From the NCBI GenBank assembly GCA_049334165.1, contig JBEGHD010000004.1: 64,000 nucleotides of DNA, one strand, 5' to 3'. Of this stretch, positions 40,438 through 50,607 are shown piece after piece (within the stretch, counting starts at the first letter, position 1; the number at the start of each line of letters is the position of its first letter). The notes beneath the pieces are model-generated. The model did no database searches and was not told where the DNA came from. It saw only the letters and a list, made by a program, of their open reading frames with translations. The translations under genes were made by a program, and so were the position numbers. Source of the DNA: Flavobacteriales bacterium DA487 (GTDB taxonomy: Bacteria; Bacteroidota; Bacteroidia; Flavobacteriales_D; Sanyastnellaceae).

Positions 40438-40986
40438 CTAAGCGTAATACAAATCAACATCTCGATCGACCCACGACATCAAATCCGGCAGAGTGATTTT
40501 TTCTGAAGACACACGCTCAACCACTTTATCCAGATTAAAAAACCGGTTGGACCGCCTCTTCTCTACTCTTACCATTTCGCACCCGACAGTGCGCGCAAGA
40601 AAATGACGCCATCTTTTTTCTGTGTTGGTAAAACCGCTATCGCAAATGATTAGAGCTGACTCATGAAAATAGGAGTCAATCAATTTGTGAAACGACTTCC
40701 TCTCTACATCAATTTTCGCATCGCCTTTAAAACCGTGGCTTTCCAACTCATTTCTAAATCGCTTGGAAAGCTGTTCGATATCCTTCTCATTGGCTCTTTG
40801 ATCTAAATCGAGCAATAGCCCACGAATTTCGAGACCGCAATTTATAGCTCTTTCGGCTGCCTGCTCGGCTACAAAAGTGAAGTTTTCGTCATTACTCAGG
40901 TTAAGCAAAACCGTTACAAAGCCACTCTCTCGCTGGGGTTGGCGGTTAATTTTGTATCGATTGTACTTGAGTTGAGCTCCCAACAT
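40438..40986 (-). CDS. hypothetical protein, possibly NYN/LabA-like
   Basis: 182 aa. ALIICDSGF loosely resembles the NYN acidic motif. Weak. Confidence 0.35.
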   Translation of the reverse strand: MLGAQLKYNRYKINRQPQRESGFVTVLLNLSNDENFTFVAEQAAERAINCGLEIRGLLLDLDQRANEKDIEQLSKRFRNELESHGFKGDAKIDVERKSFHKLIDSYFHESALIICDSGFTNTEKRWRHFLARTVGCEMVRVEKRRSNRFFNLDKVVERVSSEKITLPDLMSWVDRDVDLYYA

Positions 40987-41227
40987 AAATTTCGTGGTAT
41001 TGTGAAATCAAAAAATAAGCAGAAAACTGAAGTGTAGTTCTATTTTTCTGTTAAATCTGATGCTAACTTTTTGTCCATTCATGGATGCTCAAACTGTCAG
41101 AATTGCCGCCAGCATTCTTTCAATGGGTCATGCCCTGCCCCTTTGTCACAGACAAAAGCGATGGCACTGACTTTGACAGTCACGGAATGTTTACAAATCG
41201 AAAATCTGAACAAAACCGAAATAATCA

Positions 41228-43129
41228 ATGGAAAAAGGAACGATTAACGTACAGACGGAAAACATTTTTCCGATCATCAAAAAATTCCTCTACTCCGACC
41301 ACGAGATATTTTTGAGAGAGTTGGTGAGCAACGGAGTGGATGCCTGCCAAAAAGCAAAAACGCTTGGCGACCTTGGAGAACTTAAGCCCGAATCGGAAGA
41401 CTTTCAGGTGGAAGTAATCCTTGACAAGGATGCTAAAACCATTACCATCCGTGACAATGGAATCGGGATGACTGAGGAAGAAGTTGAGAAATACATCAAC
41501 CAAATTGCATTTTCTGGCGCAGAAGAGTTCGTTCAGAAATACAAAGACGAGGATAAGAAAAACGCCATCATCGGCCACTTTGGACTTGGGTTCTACTCTT
41601 CTTTTATGGTCTCCGAAAAAGTGGAAATCATCAGCTTGTCGCAAAGAGAAGGCGCAAAAGCCATTCACTGGTCGTGCGATGGATCTCCAAACTACACGAT
41701 AGACGAAATTGAAAAAGAGCACAAGGGAACAGACGTGGTGCTGCACATCAATGAAGACTCAGAAGAGTTTTTGGATGAATCGCGCATCAGTGGAATTTTG
41801 AACAAATACTGTAAGTTCTTGCCGGTTCCTGTGAAGTTTGGAACAAACGAACGCACAGTTAAAGAAAAAGACGAAGAAGGAAAAGAGATTGAAGGCGGTA
41901 AAGAAGAAAAGATTGTTGAAGACAACATCATCAATAACACAACTCCGGCCTGGACAAAGTCTCCAAGCGACCTGACTCAGGAAGACTACGACAGTTTCTA
42001 TCGCGAGCTGTACCCAATGAATTTTGAGGACCCGCTCTTCCACATTCACCTAAATGTGGATTACCCTTTCAACCTGACAGGAATTCTGTACTTCCCGAAG
42101 CTGAAGAACAACATTGAAGTTCAGCGGAACAAGATCAACCTCTACAGCAATCAGGTTTTTATCACAGACAATGTAGAGAACATCGTACCTGAATTTTTGA
42201 CACTGCTCCACGGTGTTATCGATTCACCAGATATTCCTCTGAACGTTTCGAGATCTTACCTCCAGGAAGATTCTAACGTGAAAAAGATCTCCAGCCACAT
42301 CACCAAAAAGGTGGCATCGAAGCTGTCTGAGATGTACCGAAAAGATCGCGAAGACTTCGAAAAGAAATGGGACGACATCGAGATTTTCATTCACTATGGA
42401 ATGCTTAGCGATGAGAAATTCTACGAGAAAGCAGAGTCATTCACTCTCTTCAAAAACACTGAGGAAAAGTACTTTACCTTCGATGAATTGAAGGAAAAGA
42501 TCAAGGACACTCAGAAAAATAAAGACGGGAAAACAGTGGTGCTTTACACCAACAACATGGAAGCGCAGCACAGCTACATCGAGACGGCCAAAGAGCGCGG
42601 CTATGAAGTGCTCGTTCTCGAAAGTCCGCTGACGAGCCACTTGATTTCAAAGCTCGAAAGCAAACACAGCGACTTCCAGTTTGCACGAGTTGATGCCGAC
42701 ACTATCGACAAGTTGATTCAGAAAGAAGACAGCCTTCCATCAAAGCTTTCAGAAGAAGATCAAAACACTTTGAAGCCAGTGCTCGAAAAAGTTGCCGGCA
42801 AGGAGAAGTTTGATGTTCAATTTGAGAGCATGAGCGAGAAGGATGCTCCTATCTTGATTACTCAAAGCGAGTTTATGCGAAGAATGAAAGAGCAGCAAAT
42901 GGCCGGAGGTGGCGGAATGCACATGTTTGGTCAGCTTCCTGAAAAATACAACCTCGTGGTAAACTCCAATCACAAGCTCGCTCAAAAAATGTTGAGCGAA
43001 AAAGACGATGCTAAAAAAGAGCTTTTGGCAAAACAAGCTGTAGATTTGGCACTACTCGCTCAGGGATTGCTCAAAGGAAAAGCGCTCACAGACTTTGTGA
43101 AACGCGAAGCAGAGCAGCTTGCTGAGTAA
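41228..43129 (+). CDS. htpG: molecular chaperone HtpG (Hsp90)
   Basis: N-terminal GHKL ATPase motifs (ELVSNGVDA, GHFGLGFYS) and ~630 aa length. Confidence 0.95.
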   Translation: MEKGTINVQTENIFPIIKKFLYSDHEIFLRELVSNGVDACQKAKTLGDLGELKPESEDFQVEVILDKDAKTITIRDNGIGMTEEEVEKYINQIAFSGAEEFVQKYKDEDKKNAIIGHFGLGFYSSFMVSEKVEIISLSQREGAKAIHWSCDGSPNYTIDEIEKEHKGTDVVLHINEDSEEFLDESRISGILNKYCKFLPVPVKFGTNERTVKEKDEEGKEIEGGKEEKIVEDNIINNTTPAWTKSPSDLTQEDYDSFYRELYPMNFEDPLFHIHLNVDYPFNLTGILYFPKLKNNIEVQRNKINLYSNQVFITDNVENIVPEFLTLLHGVIDSPDIPLNVSRSYLQEDSNVKKISSHITKKVASKLSEMYRKDREDFEKKWDDIEIFIHYGMLSDEKFYEKAESFTLFKNTEEKYFTFDELKEKIKDTQKNKDGKTVVLYTNNMEAQHSYIETAKERGYEVLVLESPLTSHLISKLESKHSDFQFARVDADTIDKLIQKEDSLPSKLSEEDQNTLKPVLEKVAGKEKFDVQFESMSEKDAPILITQSEFMRRMKEQQMAGGGGMHMFGQLPEKYNLVVNSNHKLAQKMLSEKDDAKKELLAKQAVDLALLAQGLLKGKALTDFVKREAEQLAE

Positions 43130-43158
43130 TCAATTGACAAACATTAAAATCAAACAAA

Positions 43159-43740
43159 ATGAATAAAACAGTAGCTGTACTTCTCAGCATTGTAGGAGTA
43201 ATCGGGTTGATATTTTTGATCTTTTGGCTCTGGGCAGCCAGCGTGCACGACAGTGCCGTTCAGTACCAGGAACAAGTTGACAAAGAGTGGAACGATGTTC
43301 AGGCCACCTACCAGCGTAGGGCCGACCTCATTCCAAACCTTGTGAACACCGTGAAAGGTGCTGCAGAGAATGAAAAAGAAATTCTCACCAGAGTAACCGA
43401 AGCTCGTGCTGGCATTGCCGATGCAAAAACTCCTGGAGAAATCGAATCTGTCGGTCGCAAGATCAACTCGACCATCGGGTTGGTTTTTGAACGCTATCCG
43501 CAAATTCGATCCACTGAAAACTTCGCTCAACTTCAATCTCAACTTGAAGGGACAGAGAACAGAATCAACGTGGCCAGGCAGCGATACAACGAGTCGGTGA
43601 GCAAGTACAACAGCTACATTCGGGGCTACTTTAAGAAAACGGCTCTTTCGTTTACCGAATCTCCTGATGACAACTTCACTACTCGTGAAGGTTTTCAGGC
43701 CGATCCGGGTTCAGAAGATGCTCCCGAAGTGCAGTTTTAA
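43159..43740 (+). CDS. LemA family protein
   Basis: N-terminal TM then QYQEQVDKEWNDVQATYQRRADLIPNLV, the LemA signature. Confidence 0.85.
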   Translation: MNKTVAVLLSIVGVIGLIFLIFWLWAASVHDSAVQYQEQVDKEWNDVQATYQRRADLIPNLVNTVKGAAENEKEILTRVTEARAGIADAKTPGEIESVGRKINSTIGLVFERYPQIRSTENFAQLQSQLEGTENRINVARQRYNESVSKYNSYIRGYFKKTALSFTESPDDNFTTREGFQADPGSEDAPEVQF

Positions 43741-43807
43741 GTTTTAATAATTCAGTGAGGGTAGCCAAAAGCTGCCCTCACTTCTTTACACCAAAAACCA
43801 ACGGACT

Positions 43808-44245
43808 ATGAGTGCGAGCAATTTTTTCACTGACGAAGAAGTGAAATCTATAAAAGATGCTATCCGGCAGGCGGAAAACACAACCAGTGGCGAAATCCGA
43901 CTTCATCTGGATAAGCGATGCAAGGAAGATGTTCTCGACCACGCTGCCTTTCTTTTTGAAAAACTGGAAATGCACAAAACTGATAAGCGAAACGGTGTTC
44001 TCTTCTACCTCGCTTACGAAGATCACAAATTCGCCATTCTCGGTGATGCAGGCATCAACAAGGTTGTTCCAGATCATTTTTGGGACGACATTAAAGACGA
44101 AATGGCAGAGCACTTCAAAAAAGGTGAGTTCACTCAGGGACTCAGCAAAGGAATTGCCCGCGCAGGTGAACAGCTCTCTAAGAATTTCCCGGTGAAAAAA
44201 GACGATGTTAACGAACTCTCAGACGATATCTCCTATGGCTCTTAA
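43808..44245 (+). CDS. TPM domain (TLP18.3/Psb32/MOLO-1) protein
   Basis: 145 aa. Follows the conserved LemA-TPM gene order. GEIRLHLD motif. Confidence 0.7.
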   Translation: MSASNFFTDEEVKSIKDAIRQAENTTSGEIRLHLDKRCKEDVLDHAAFLFEKLEMHKTDKRNGVLFYLAYEDHKFAILGDAGINKVVPDHFWDDIKDEMAEHFKKGEFTQGLSKGIARAGEQLSKNFPVKKDDVNELSDDISYGS

Positions 44246-45056
44246 AAAACAATTCCACTACATCAGGCTCATTGCACTGGCAATTTTTATAGGGCTATCG
44301 CTTAGCTTGTCAGCCCAGGACTGCCCTCCAAAGAGCACAGGCAAACTTGTTAATGACTTTGCAAACGTTCTTTCCAGTGGCGAAGAGCAGCAGCTCACCA
44401 AAAAGCTCAATAGCTTCGCGAGGGAAACCTCCAACCAGATTGTGATTGTTACTCACCCGGATTTTTGCGGTGACGCACCTTACAACTTTGCGACTGAAAT
44501 CGGGCAAAACTGGGGCGTTGGCCAGAAAGATTTGGACAACGGTGTGGTGATCGTTTTCAAACCGAAAACTGCAAGTTCAAAAGGCGAAGTATTCATCTCT
44601 CCGGGAATGGGGCTCGAAGGTGCAATTCCGGATGCCACGGCAAAAATGATTGTGGACAACGAAATGATTCCGCACTTCAAGCAGAAAAATACCTTCAAAG
44701 GTCTTAATGCGGGGGCGGACATGGTGATGAAGTTTGCCAAAGGCGAAATTAATTCACAAGCCTACACCGAAAATGTGGGTAAACGTGGTCGTGGAAAAGC
44801 CATTTTTGCCATGTTTTTCATGCTGGCCATTTTTGTTCTTGTCTTTTTGGTTCGCGCCAAAAGAGCACGCAGTTATGCCCGCACCAACGACCTCGGATTC
44901 TGGGCTGCCTTTTGGTTAATCGGCAGCAGCAGTGGCCACGGAGGTTACTACAACAACTTCTCTTCCGGCTCAGGTGGCTTTGGAGGAGGCGGAGGCGGCT
45001 TCGGTGGTTTTGGCGGAGGCGGCTTCGGAGGCGGAGGTGCCGGTGGAAGCTGGTAA
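44235..45056 (+). CDS. TPM domain membrane protein with Gly-rich C-terminal tail (YgcG-like)
   Basis: Signal peptide, TPM core, TM, then GGFGGGGGG tail. Overlaps the previous gene by 11 nt. Confidence 0.7.
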   Translation: MALKKQFHYIRLIALAIFIGLSLSLSAQDCPPKSTGKLVNDFANVLSSGEEQQLTKKLNSFARETSNQIVIVTHPDFCGDAPYNFATEIGQNWGVGQKDLDNGVVIVFKPKTASSKGEVFISPGMGLEGAIPDATAKMIVDNEMIPHFKQKNTFKGLNAGADMVMKFAKGEINSQAYTENVGKRGRGKAIFAMFFMLAIFVLVFLVRAKRARSYARTNDLGFWAAFWLIGSSSGHGGYYNNFSSGSGGFGGGGGGFGGFGGGGFGGGGAGGSW

Positions 45057-45319
45057 GTCTCTCTCGATAAAAACAATCACCTGAAAAAATAATTATTAGA
45101 CTATTAAATTAATTCCTATTAAAATGCTGCCCTTTTGTCTCGACTCCGCTCGACAACCGGCATTCGCGCGTTGGCCGATTCTCGAGCGCTTGTGCTGAGC
45201 ACAGTCGAAGTAAAGTCGAGAGATGTGTGAACGGAGGAATCAAAATGAATTTCAATCGGAATTAAATCGATAATTAGTAAGAGTTAATAAGAGTTTAAAA
45301 AGAGGTTTAGAAAAAACAA

Positions 45320-46087
45320 ATGGCAAAATATGTAAAGTGGATAGGCGGAGCAGTTGGTTGGGCCATGGGTGGACCCATTGGCGCGGCACTGGGGTTTGCT
45401 CTTGGCTACATGTTCGAAGACAATTCACTGGCCGTGAAAGGTCAGCAAGACAGTCGTCAATCCAGAAACTACAGCAGAAATTATCAGCAATATCGTCACA
45501 GAACCCAGCCAGGCGACTTCGCCTCTGCCCTTTTGGTGCTTTCGGCTACCATCATGAAAGCTGATGGCAAAGTGATGAAGTCGGAACTGAACTACGTCCG
45601 CGATTTTTTTGAAAAACAATTTGGACCGGCAATGGCAGCTGAACAGGTTGGTTTGCTTCGCGAAATCCTCAAAAAGCCGATTCAGGAGAGAGCTATTTGC
45701 GAGCAGATCCGCTACAACATGGAGCACCCGATGCGATTGCAGTTGCTCCACTACCTCTTTGGAATTGCACAGGCAGACGGGAAAGTGGATTCTTCGGAAG
45801 CTTCGGCCATCGAGAGAATTGCCGGTTACCTGGGAATCAGCGCAAAAGATTTTCAATCTATCCAGGCCATGTTTTACAAAGACGTTGGCAACGCCTACAA
45901 GGTGCTCGAGATTGACAGCTCGGCCAGCGACAACGAAGTGAAAAAAGCCTACCGGAAAATGGCGATGAAGTACCACCCAGACAAATTGAAGAACCTGGGC
46001 GAAGAGCACGCCAATGCAGCGAGAGACAAATTTCAAAAAGTCACTGACGCTTACGAAACCATCAAAAAAGAGCGCGGCATTAAATAA
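45320..46087 (+). CDS. DjlA-like co-chaperone (TerB-like N-domain + C-terminal J domain)
   Basis: C-terminal J domain with KKAYRKMAMKYHPDK. N-terminal TM and TerB-like region. Confidence 0.7.
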   Translation: MAKYVKWIGGAVGWAMGGPIGAALGFALGYMFEDNSLAVKGQQDSRQSRNYSRNYQQYRHRTQPGDFASALLVLSATIMKADGKVMKSELNYVRDFFEKQFGPAMAAEQVGLLREILKKPIQERAICEQIRYNMEHPMRLQLLHYLFGIAQADGKVDSSEASAIERIAGYLGISAKDFQSIQAMFYKDVGNAYKVLEIDSSASDNEVKKAYRKMAMKYHPDKLKNLGEEHANAARDKFQKVTDAYETIKKERGIK

Positions 46088-46131
46088 ACAATTGAAGACT
46101 AAAACTCTTACATCATAAAATCTAAAGATCT

Positions 46132-46419
46132 ATGTTTCAGGACGCACTAAAAAAAATGCAGGCACAGGTAGAAGAGTCTAAAAAGAGACTCGAATCTGTG
46201 ATTGTGGAAGGAAAATCAGAAGGCGTTGTGGTTGAAATGACCGGCAACAGAAAAGTTCGCGACATTAAAATTGACGATGAACTTATGGACGACAAAGACA
46301 GTCTTCAGGATCTCCTCCTTGTTGCCACGAACCGAGCACTCGAGGAAGCCGAAAAGGTTTACGAAGCGGAAATGGCTTCTTCAGCGCAAAACATCATGCC
46401 CAACTTCCCGGGAATGTGA
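46132..46419 (+). CDS. ybaB: nucleoid-associated protein YbaB/EbfC
   Basis: 95 aa. Typical YbaB pattern (GxVVE.TGN..V..I.ID..L..D). Confidence 0.85.
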   Translation: MFQDALKKMQAQVEESKKRLESVIVEGKSEGVVVEMTGNRKVRDIKIDDELMDDKDSLQDLLLVATNRALEEAEKVYEAEMASSAQNIMPNFPGM

Positions 46420-46426
46420 TCTGGCT

Positions 46427-47002
46427 ATGAGCAGGTTTTCGAAAAAAGAACTTCGCAAAGAATACAAAGCAAAAAGACAGGAACTCTCAGACAATGAGCG
46501 GGAGAAACTGAGCGAGCAAATTGCCGAAAAGCTACTCACCGAATTCGACTGGAAGGACCACTTTGTTCATGTTTTCATTCCCATCGCCAGATTCAACGAA
46601 GCCGACACCTGGCCGCTGATCCGCAAGTTTTGGACGATGGCCGGGATCAGAGTTTCCACTTCAGTGACCGACTTTGAAGGCGACACGCTGCGCCACTTCG
46701 AAATTTTCGACACCACCCGATTCAAAAAAAGCTCCTGGGGAATTGACGAACCCGAAGACGGAGAAGAAATCGACCCGAAAGAGATCAACCGGGTTTTGAT
46801 ACCACTCCTGGCCTTTGACAAACAAGGTTACAGAGTTGGCTACGGCAAAGGCTTTTACGACAAGTTCCTCTCCATGTGCAATCCTAACACCGAACGAATC
46901 GGAATTTCCTTCTTCCCTCCCATCGACCAAATCGAAGATGTTGCCGACCACGATGTGAAGCTGACAAGTTGTGTGACGCCTGACGGGATTTTTAGGTTTT
47001 AG
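46427..47002 (+). CDS. 5-formyltetrahydrofolate cyclo-ligase
   Basis: VLIPLLAFDKQGYRVGYGKGFYDKFL motif. Start at the in-frame ATG (MSRFSKKEL). The longer track ORF overlaps ybaB and is rejected. Confidence 0.8.
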   Translation: MSRFSKKELRKEYKAKRQELSDNEREKLSEQIAEKLLTEFDWKDHFVHVFIPIARFNEADTWPLIRKFWTMAGIRVSTSVTDFEGDTLRHFEIFDTTRFKKSSWGIDEPEDGEEIDPKEINRVLIPLLAFDKQGYRVGYGKGFYDKFLSMCNPNTERIGISFFPPIDQIEDVADHDVKLTSCVTPDGIFRF

Positions 47003-47055
47003 GTTCGTTATCAAAAGTTAATCTTGAAAAAGGAATTCAAGAAAATAGAAACTGC

Positions 47056-47589
47056 TTGTCTGACAAAACATGTTCTAAGTTGAAGGAAGAAGAACTCAGA
47101 AACCGACTCGTTAAATCAACCGAAAAACTGATCTTACTCTCACAAGACTTGGTGTCCAATTCTTTGTCTGGTAACACCAAATTTCTAATTGAACCAAATG
47201 ACCGTACTGAAAGTGAACATTTGAACGAAAAGGAAATTCAGAAACTCCATGAATTTAATCAGCTGGAAGGACAACTTTTTGACTTTGATGAAACATCCGA
47301 ATTATTGGTTGATGAAGGAATAGTTCCACTATGGGTTAATTCCGAAATAGTTCATTCAACAAAAGAAAGAACAGTAGTCAAACTCATTTGTAGCCGAAGG
47401 TTACGTGAGGAGGGAGAATTAAATAATCTGGTAAGTGAATTCCCACCGTTCCAACCCTTGTTTTCATTACCTCCGTGGTTTCAAGTAGGAAAGAAGTTCG
47501 ACATTAATTGGAGACATCAGAAATTTAAACGCTTGTGGTATTCTTTAACATGGAAGCTGAGACATAAGAGTATGCAGCGTCAGCGATAA
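47056..47589 (+). CDS. hypothetical protein (AT-rich region; TTG start in ORF track)
   Basis: 177-aa ORF. No in-frame ATG near the start. No motif. Confidence 0.3.
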   Translation: MSDKTCSKLKEEELRNRLVKSTEKLILLSQDLVSNSLSGNTKFLIEPNDRTESEHLNEKEIQKLHEFNQLEGQLFDFDETSELLVDEGIVPLWVNSEIVHSTKERTVVKLICSRRLREEGELNNLVSEFPPFQPLFSLPPWFQVGKKFDINWRHQKFKRLWYSLTWKLRHKSMQRQR

Positions 47590-47652
47590 TTATGATTAAA
47601 CACAAACCAATTTTAGCTTTTGCATATTTGTGGTAACTCATCATTTTGAACT

Positions 47653-48081
47653 ATGAAAGATTTCGAATTGAAAAGCGTCATTTCAGAATTAGAAAGGCGA
47701 AACGTAAAAGATGAGGCTTATTTCGGTTTTTATCAATATGGTGGAGCACCAGATGAAAGTTGCATAAAAGCTAATCGAAAGGGACTGGAATTATTTGCAG
47801 CTGAAATCCTGAAAGCTGCTACTGAATCTTATAACAGAAAGTTTGACAAAGGCAAAGCTGAAACTACAGGGTTGGATCTAGATTGGATAGATGAAAACAG
47901 TGATTTTTTCTTTGACCACGTTGAGTTAACAAATAAGGATAAACAACCAGGAAGTAAATCATTTCCTAAAAATGAAGAAAACTGGAAAGGTAAGATGGTA
48001 ATGTTTGGCTTCATCGGAATTGGAATAGGTCTTATTGCACTTGCTATCATTGGGATCGGAACAATTGTGAGTTGGCTCTGA
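47653..48081 (+). CDS. hypothetical tail-anchored membrane protein
   Basis: 142 aa with a C-terminal TM (MVMFGFIGIGIGLIALAIIGIGTIVSWL). Confidence 0.35.
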   Translation: MKDFELKSVISELERRNVKDEAYFGFYQYGGAPDESCIKANRKGLELFAAEILKAATESYNRKFDKGKAETTGLDLDWIDENSDFFFDHVELTNKDKQPGSKSFPKNEENWKGKMVMFGFIGIGIGLIALAIIGIGTIVSWL

Positions 48082-48146
48082 TAAAGATGATTTAAAATCA
48101 AATCAAAGATTTAAGCATATACTGATTGCCAAACTGATTTACATTT

Positions 48147-48734
48147 TTGAAAAAACCAGAAACTATGGGAATACTAAATCGAATATTCGGTAAGAACAAG
48201 ACGGCTGCGAAACCATCTTTAAAGTATGACGATAAATCTAATCTGGATGAACCCTATGGCATTGATAAAGATCGTGCTCATCAGAGGGCAATTCAACTGA
48301 TTCCGGAAGAATTCTTCTGGTCCAATTTTGATGAATTAGCTCCCTTTGGCTCTGATGAGGGTGATATGGCCTTAGCAGAATTCCGAGAGTGGAGAACCAG
48401 AAATCCAAAGTCAGAAACATTGGATTTCTTGAGACTGACAATTGAAAACTTAACTGACAAGGGTTTATCAGATTACAATCAGAAAGTTTTAGATGAATCA
48501 TCTGTCTCTCCTCAGGAGGACCTTCATCAAATATTTATTGTTGACACTTCTGTCATCGCCACCGGGTTTGCCCAATTGGTAGATGAAGGAAAAATTGATA
48601 ACAAGAATAAACCAATAGTTGAGTTAGCTTTAAAAAGACAAAAGCTATACGCTACAAAATTCTATGAATGGCAGAACACAGATGAGTATCTGAAAAATCT
48701 TGTTGTTTTAGAAAGAGTTCTGAAAGAGGCATAA
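48147..48734 (+). CDS. hypothetical protein
   Basis: 195-aa ORF with coding-like composition and no motif. Confidence 0.4.
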   Translation: MKKPETMGILNRIFGKNKTAAKPSLKYDDKSNLDEPYGIDKDRAHQRAIQLIPEEFFWSNFDELAPFGSDEGDMALAEFREWRTRNPKSETLDFLRLTIENLTDKGLSDYNQKVLDESSVSPQEDLHQIFIVDTSVIATGFAQLVDEGKIDNKNKPIVELALKRQKLYATKFYEWQNTDEYLKNLVVLERVLKEA

Positions 48735-48818
48735 AGATAAAATCTTGAATTCATCCCAACCCCAAACTCTTTTGTAATTCCTGACCGGGAATAAACTATT
48801 TTTGCAAAAAATTTCTTC

Positions 48819-50549
48819 ATGACATTATTTCAAGAGCTCGGGCTAAAACCTGAAATCGTTCAGGCTGTAGAGCAACTCGGATTTGAAAAACCTTCAGAAA
48901 TCCAGTCCAAAGCCATACCTCCCCTTATTGAAACTCCGCAAGATCTTATAGGACTTGCACAAACAGGAACAGGAAAAACAGCTGCATTTGGCTTGCCGCT
49001 GGGCCACCTTATTGACTTTAGCAAAAAACATGTTCAGGCGGTGGTGATCTGCCCTACGCGTGAGCTTTGTAATCAAATTCACGCTGACTTTACTACGTTC
49101 CTCCAGTTTACCGACAATGCCAGAGTTGTAGCCATTTATGGTGGTGCAAGCTTTGGTGAGCAATTGAAACAGCTTGACAAAAAGCCGCAAATCATTGTGG
49201 CCACTCCCGGAAGGTTGATGGACATGATGAACCGTAGAAAAATCGATCTGAGCAGAATCGATTACTGCGTGTTGGACGAAGCAGACGAGATGTTGAACAT
49301 GGGCTTCAAGGAGGATATCGATGAAATTTTGTCGCAAACCAATGAAGACAAAAAAGTGTGGTTGTTCTCTGCAACCATGCCACCCGAAATCGCTCGTATC
49401 ACCAAAGAATACATGACCAACCCGCTAGAAGTAACAGCGGGAACAAAAAACTCAAGTGCCGAAAATCTCGAGCACCACTACTTCATTGTTGATGGTCGCC
49501 AGCGATTTACAGTGCTTAAAAGAACGCTTGACTTTTGGCCTGACATGTACGGATTGGTCTTTTGCCAAACCAGACGTCAGGTTATCGAAGCAGCCGAAAA
49601 GCTCGCCAAAGCAGGTTATCCTGTGGATGCTCTTCACGGAGACCTCTCTCAGATGCAGCGCGACTCAGTGATGAAAAAATTCAGAGAGCGCTCGATTAAA
49701 GTTTTGGTGGCAACAGATGTAGCCGCTCGTGGAATTGACGTGGACGACATTACTCACGTTGTTCACTACACGCTTCCTGACGAAATTGAAAACTACACCC
49801 ACCGAAGCGGTAGAACGGCACGTGCCGGAAAATCGGGTATGTCGATCGCTCTGGTGACGCCTCGCGAAACAGGCAAGATCAAAGCCATCGAAAAGAAAAT
49901 CGGCAAACCGATGCAGCATTCAAAAGTGCCTGCAGGTGATGAAGTGCTCGAAAGTCAGCTGGTTCACTATCTCGATAAATTGATTGAAGTGCCGCTCGGT
50001 CAGAAAAACGTTCAGCCCTGGCTAGAACTGGCTTACGATGAGCTTGCGCAGTTTTCGAAGGAAGAGTTGATTGAAAAACTAGTTGCCCACCAGCTGAGCG
50101 ACATCATGGCCGATCATGCCGATGCAGCTGACCTTAACCGCAAACCAGCCGATTCGAAGCAGGAATACTACGGCAGCGACAACGATCGATTCCAGACCGT
50201 TTTCATGAGCCTCGGAAAACTCGATCAGTTCGACAAAGGTTCGCTTTTGAGATTTATCTGCGATAATGCCGGTATCACTGGTGAGCACGTTGGTAGAATT
50301 GATATCAAGCGCGAGTTTAGCTTTGTCGACATCGATAAGGACCAGGCTCAGAAAGTAGCCAAGGCACTCTCTGGACTCAAGATCAAAGGCCGCTCGGTGA
50401 AAGCCGATATTTCGGACAAAGGCCCTGGCAAACGAAAAGGCGGTGGCGGTGGCCACAAAGGAGGTTATAAGGGAAAAGGAAAGGGAAAAAAATCTTTCGA
50501 TAAAGGCGGTAAAGGGAAACCTAATTTCCGTGCGAAGAGAAAAAATTAG
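48819..50549 (+). CDS. DEAD-box ATP-dependent RNA helicase (DeaD/CsdA-like) with DbpA-type RNA-binding domain and Gly/Lys-rich tail
   Basis: AQTGTGKT, DEAD, SAT and HRSGRTARAG motifs. C-terminal DbpA-like RBD. GGGGHKGGYKGKGKGKK tail. Confidence 0.85.
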   Translation: MTLFQELGLKPEIVQAVEQLGFEKPSEIQSKAIPPLIETPQDLIGLAQTGTGKTAAFGLPLGHLIDFSKKHVQAVVICPTRELCNQIHADFTTFLQFTDNARVVAIYGGASFGEQLKQLDKKPQIIVATPGRLMDMMNRRKIDLSRIDYCVLDEADEMLNMGFKEDIDEILSQTNEDKKVWLFSATMPPEIARITKEYMTNPLEVTAGTKNSSAENLEHHYFIVDGRQRFTVLKRTLDFWPDMYGLVFCQTRRQVIEAAEKLAKAGYPVDALHGDLSQMQRDSVMKKFRERSIKVLVATDVAARGIDVDDITHVVHYTLPDEIENYTHRSGRTARAGKSGMSIALVTPRETGKIKAIEKKIGKPMQHSKVPAGDEVLESQLVHYLDKLIEVPLGQKNVQPWLELAYDELAQFSKEELIEKLVAHQLSDIMADHADAADLNRKPADSKQEYYGSDNDRFQTVFMSLGKLDQFDKGSLLRFICDNAGITGEHVGRIDIKREFSFVDIDKDQAQKVAKALSGLKIKGRSVKADISDKGPGKRKGGGGGHKGGYKGKGKGKKSFDKGGKGKPNFRAKRKN

Positions 50550-50607
50550 TTACTTCAGTTTTTTTTAAGCCCTCTACTTTTGGGGTTTTGAACCTAAACT
50601 GAACGTA

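Noticed and set aside
41225-41746. 173-aa minus-strand ORF at the htpG 5' end, and the many 60-180-aa antisense ORFs inside gyrA, clpC, typA and the T9SS genes
   Set aside because: All are antisense or shadow frames of strongly supported long genes, with no motifs.
44940-45056. Gly-rich C-terminal tail (GGFGGGGGGFGG) of the second TPM protein as a frameshift or low-complexity artefact
   Set aside because: Gly-rich tails are a normal feature of YgcG-type TPM proteins. The reading frame is continuous with a clean stop.
46271-46426. Upstream extension of the 5-FCL ORF overlapping ybaB
   Set aside because: The extension overlaps the conserved ybaB gene in another frame. An in-frame ATG at 46427 gives a normal-length 5-FCL.
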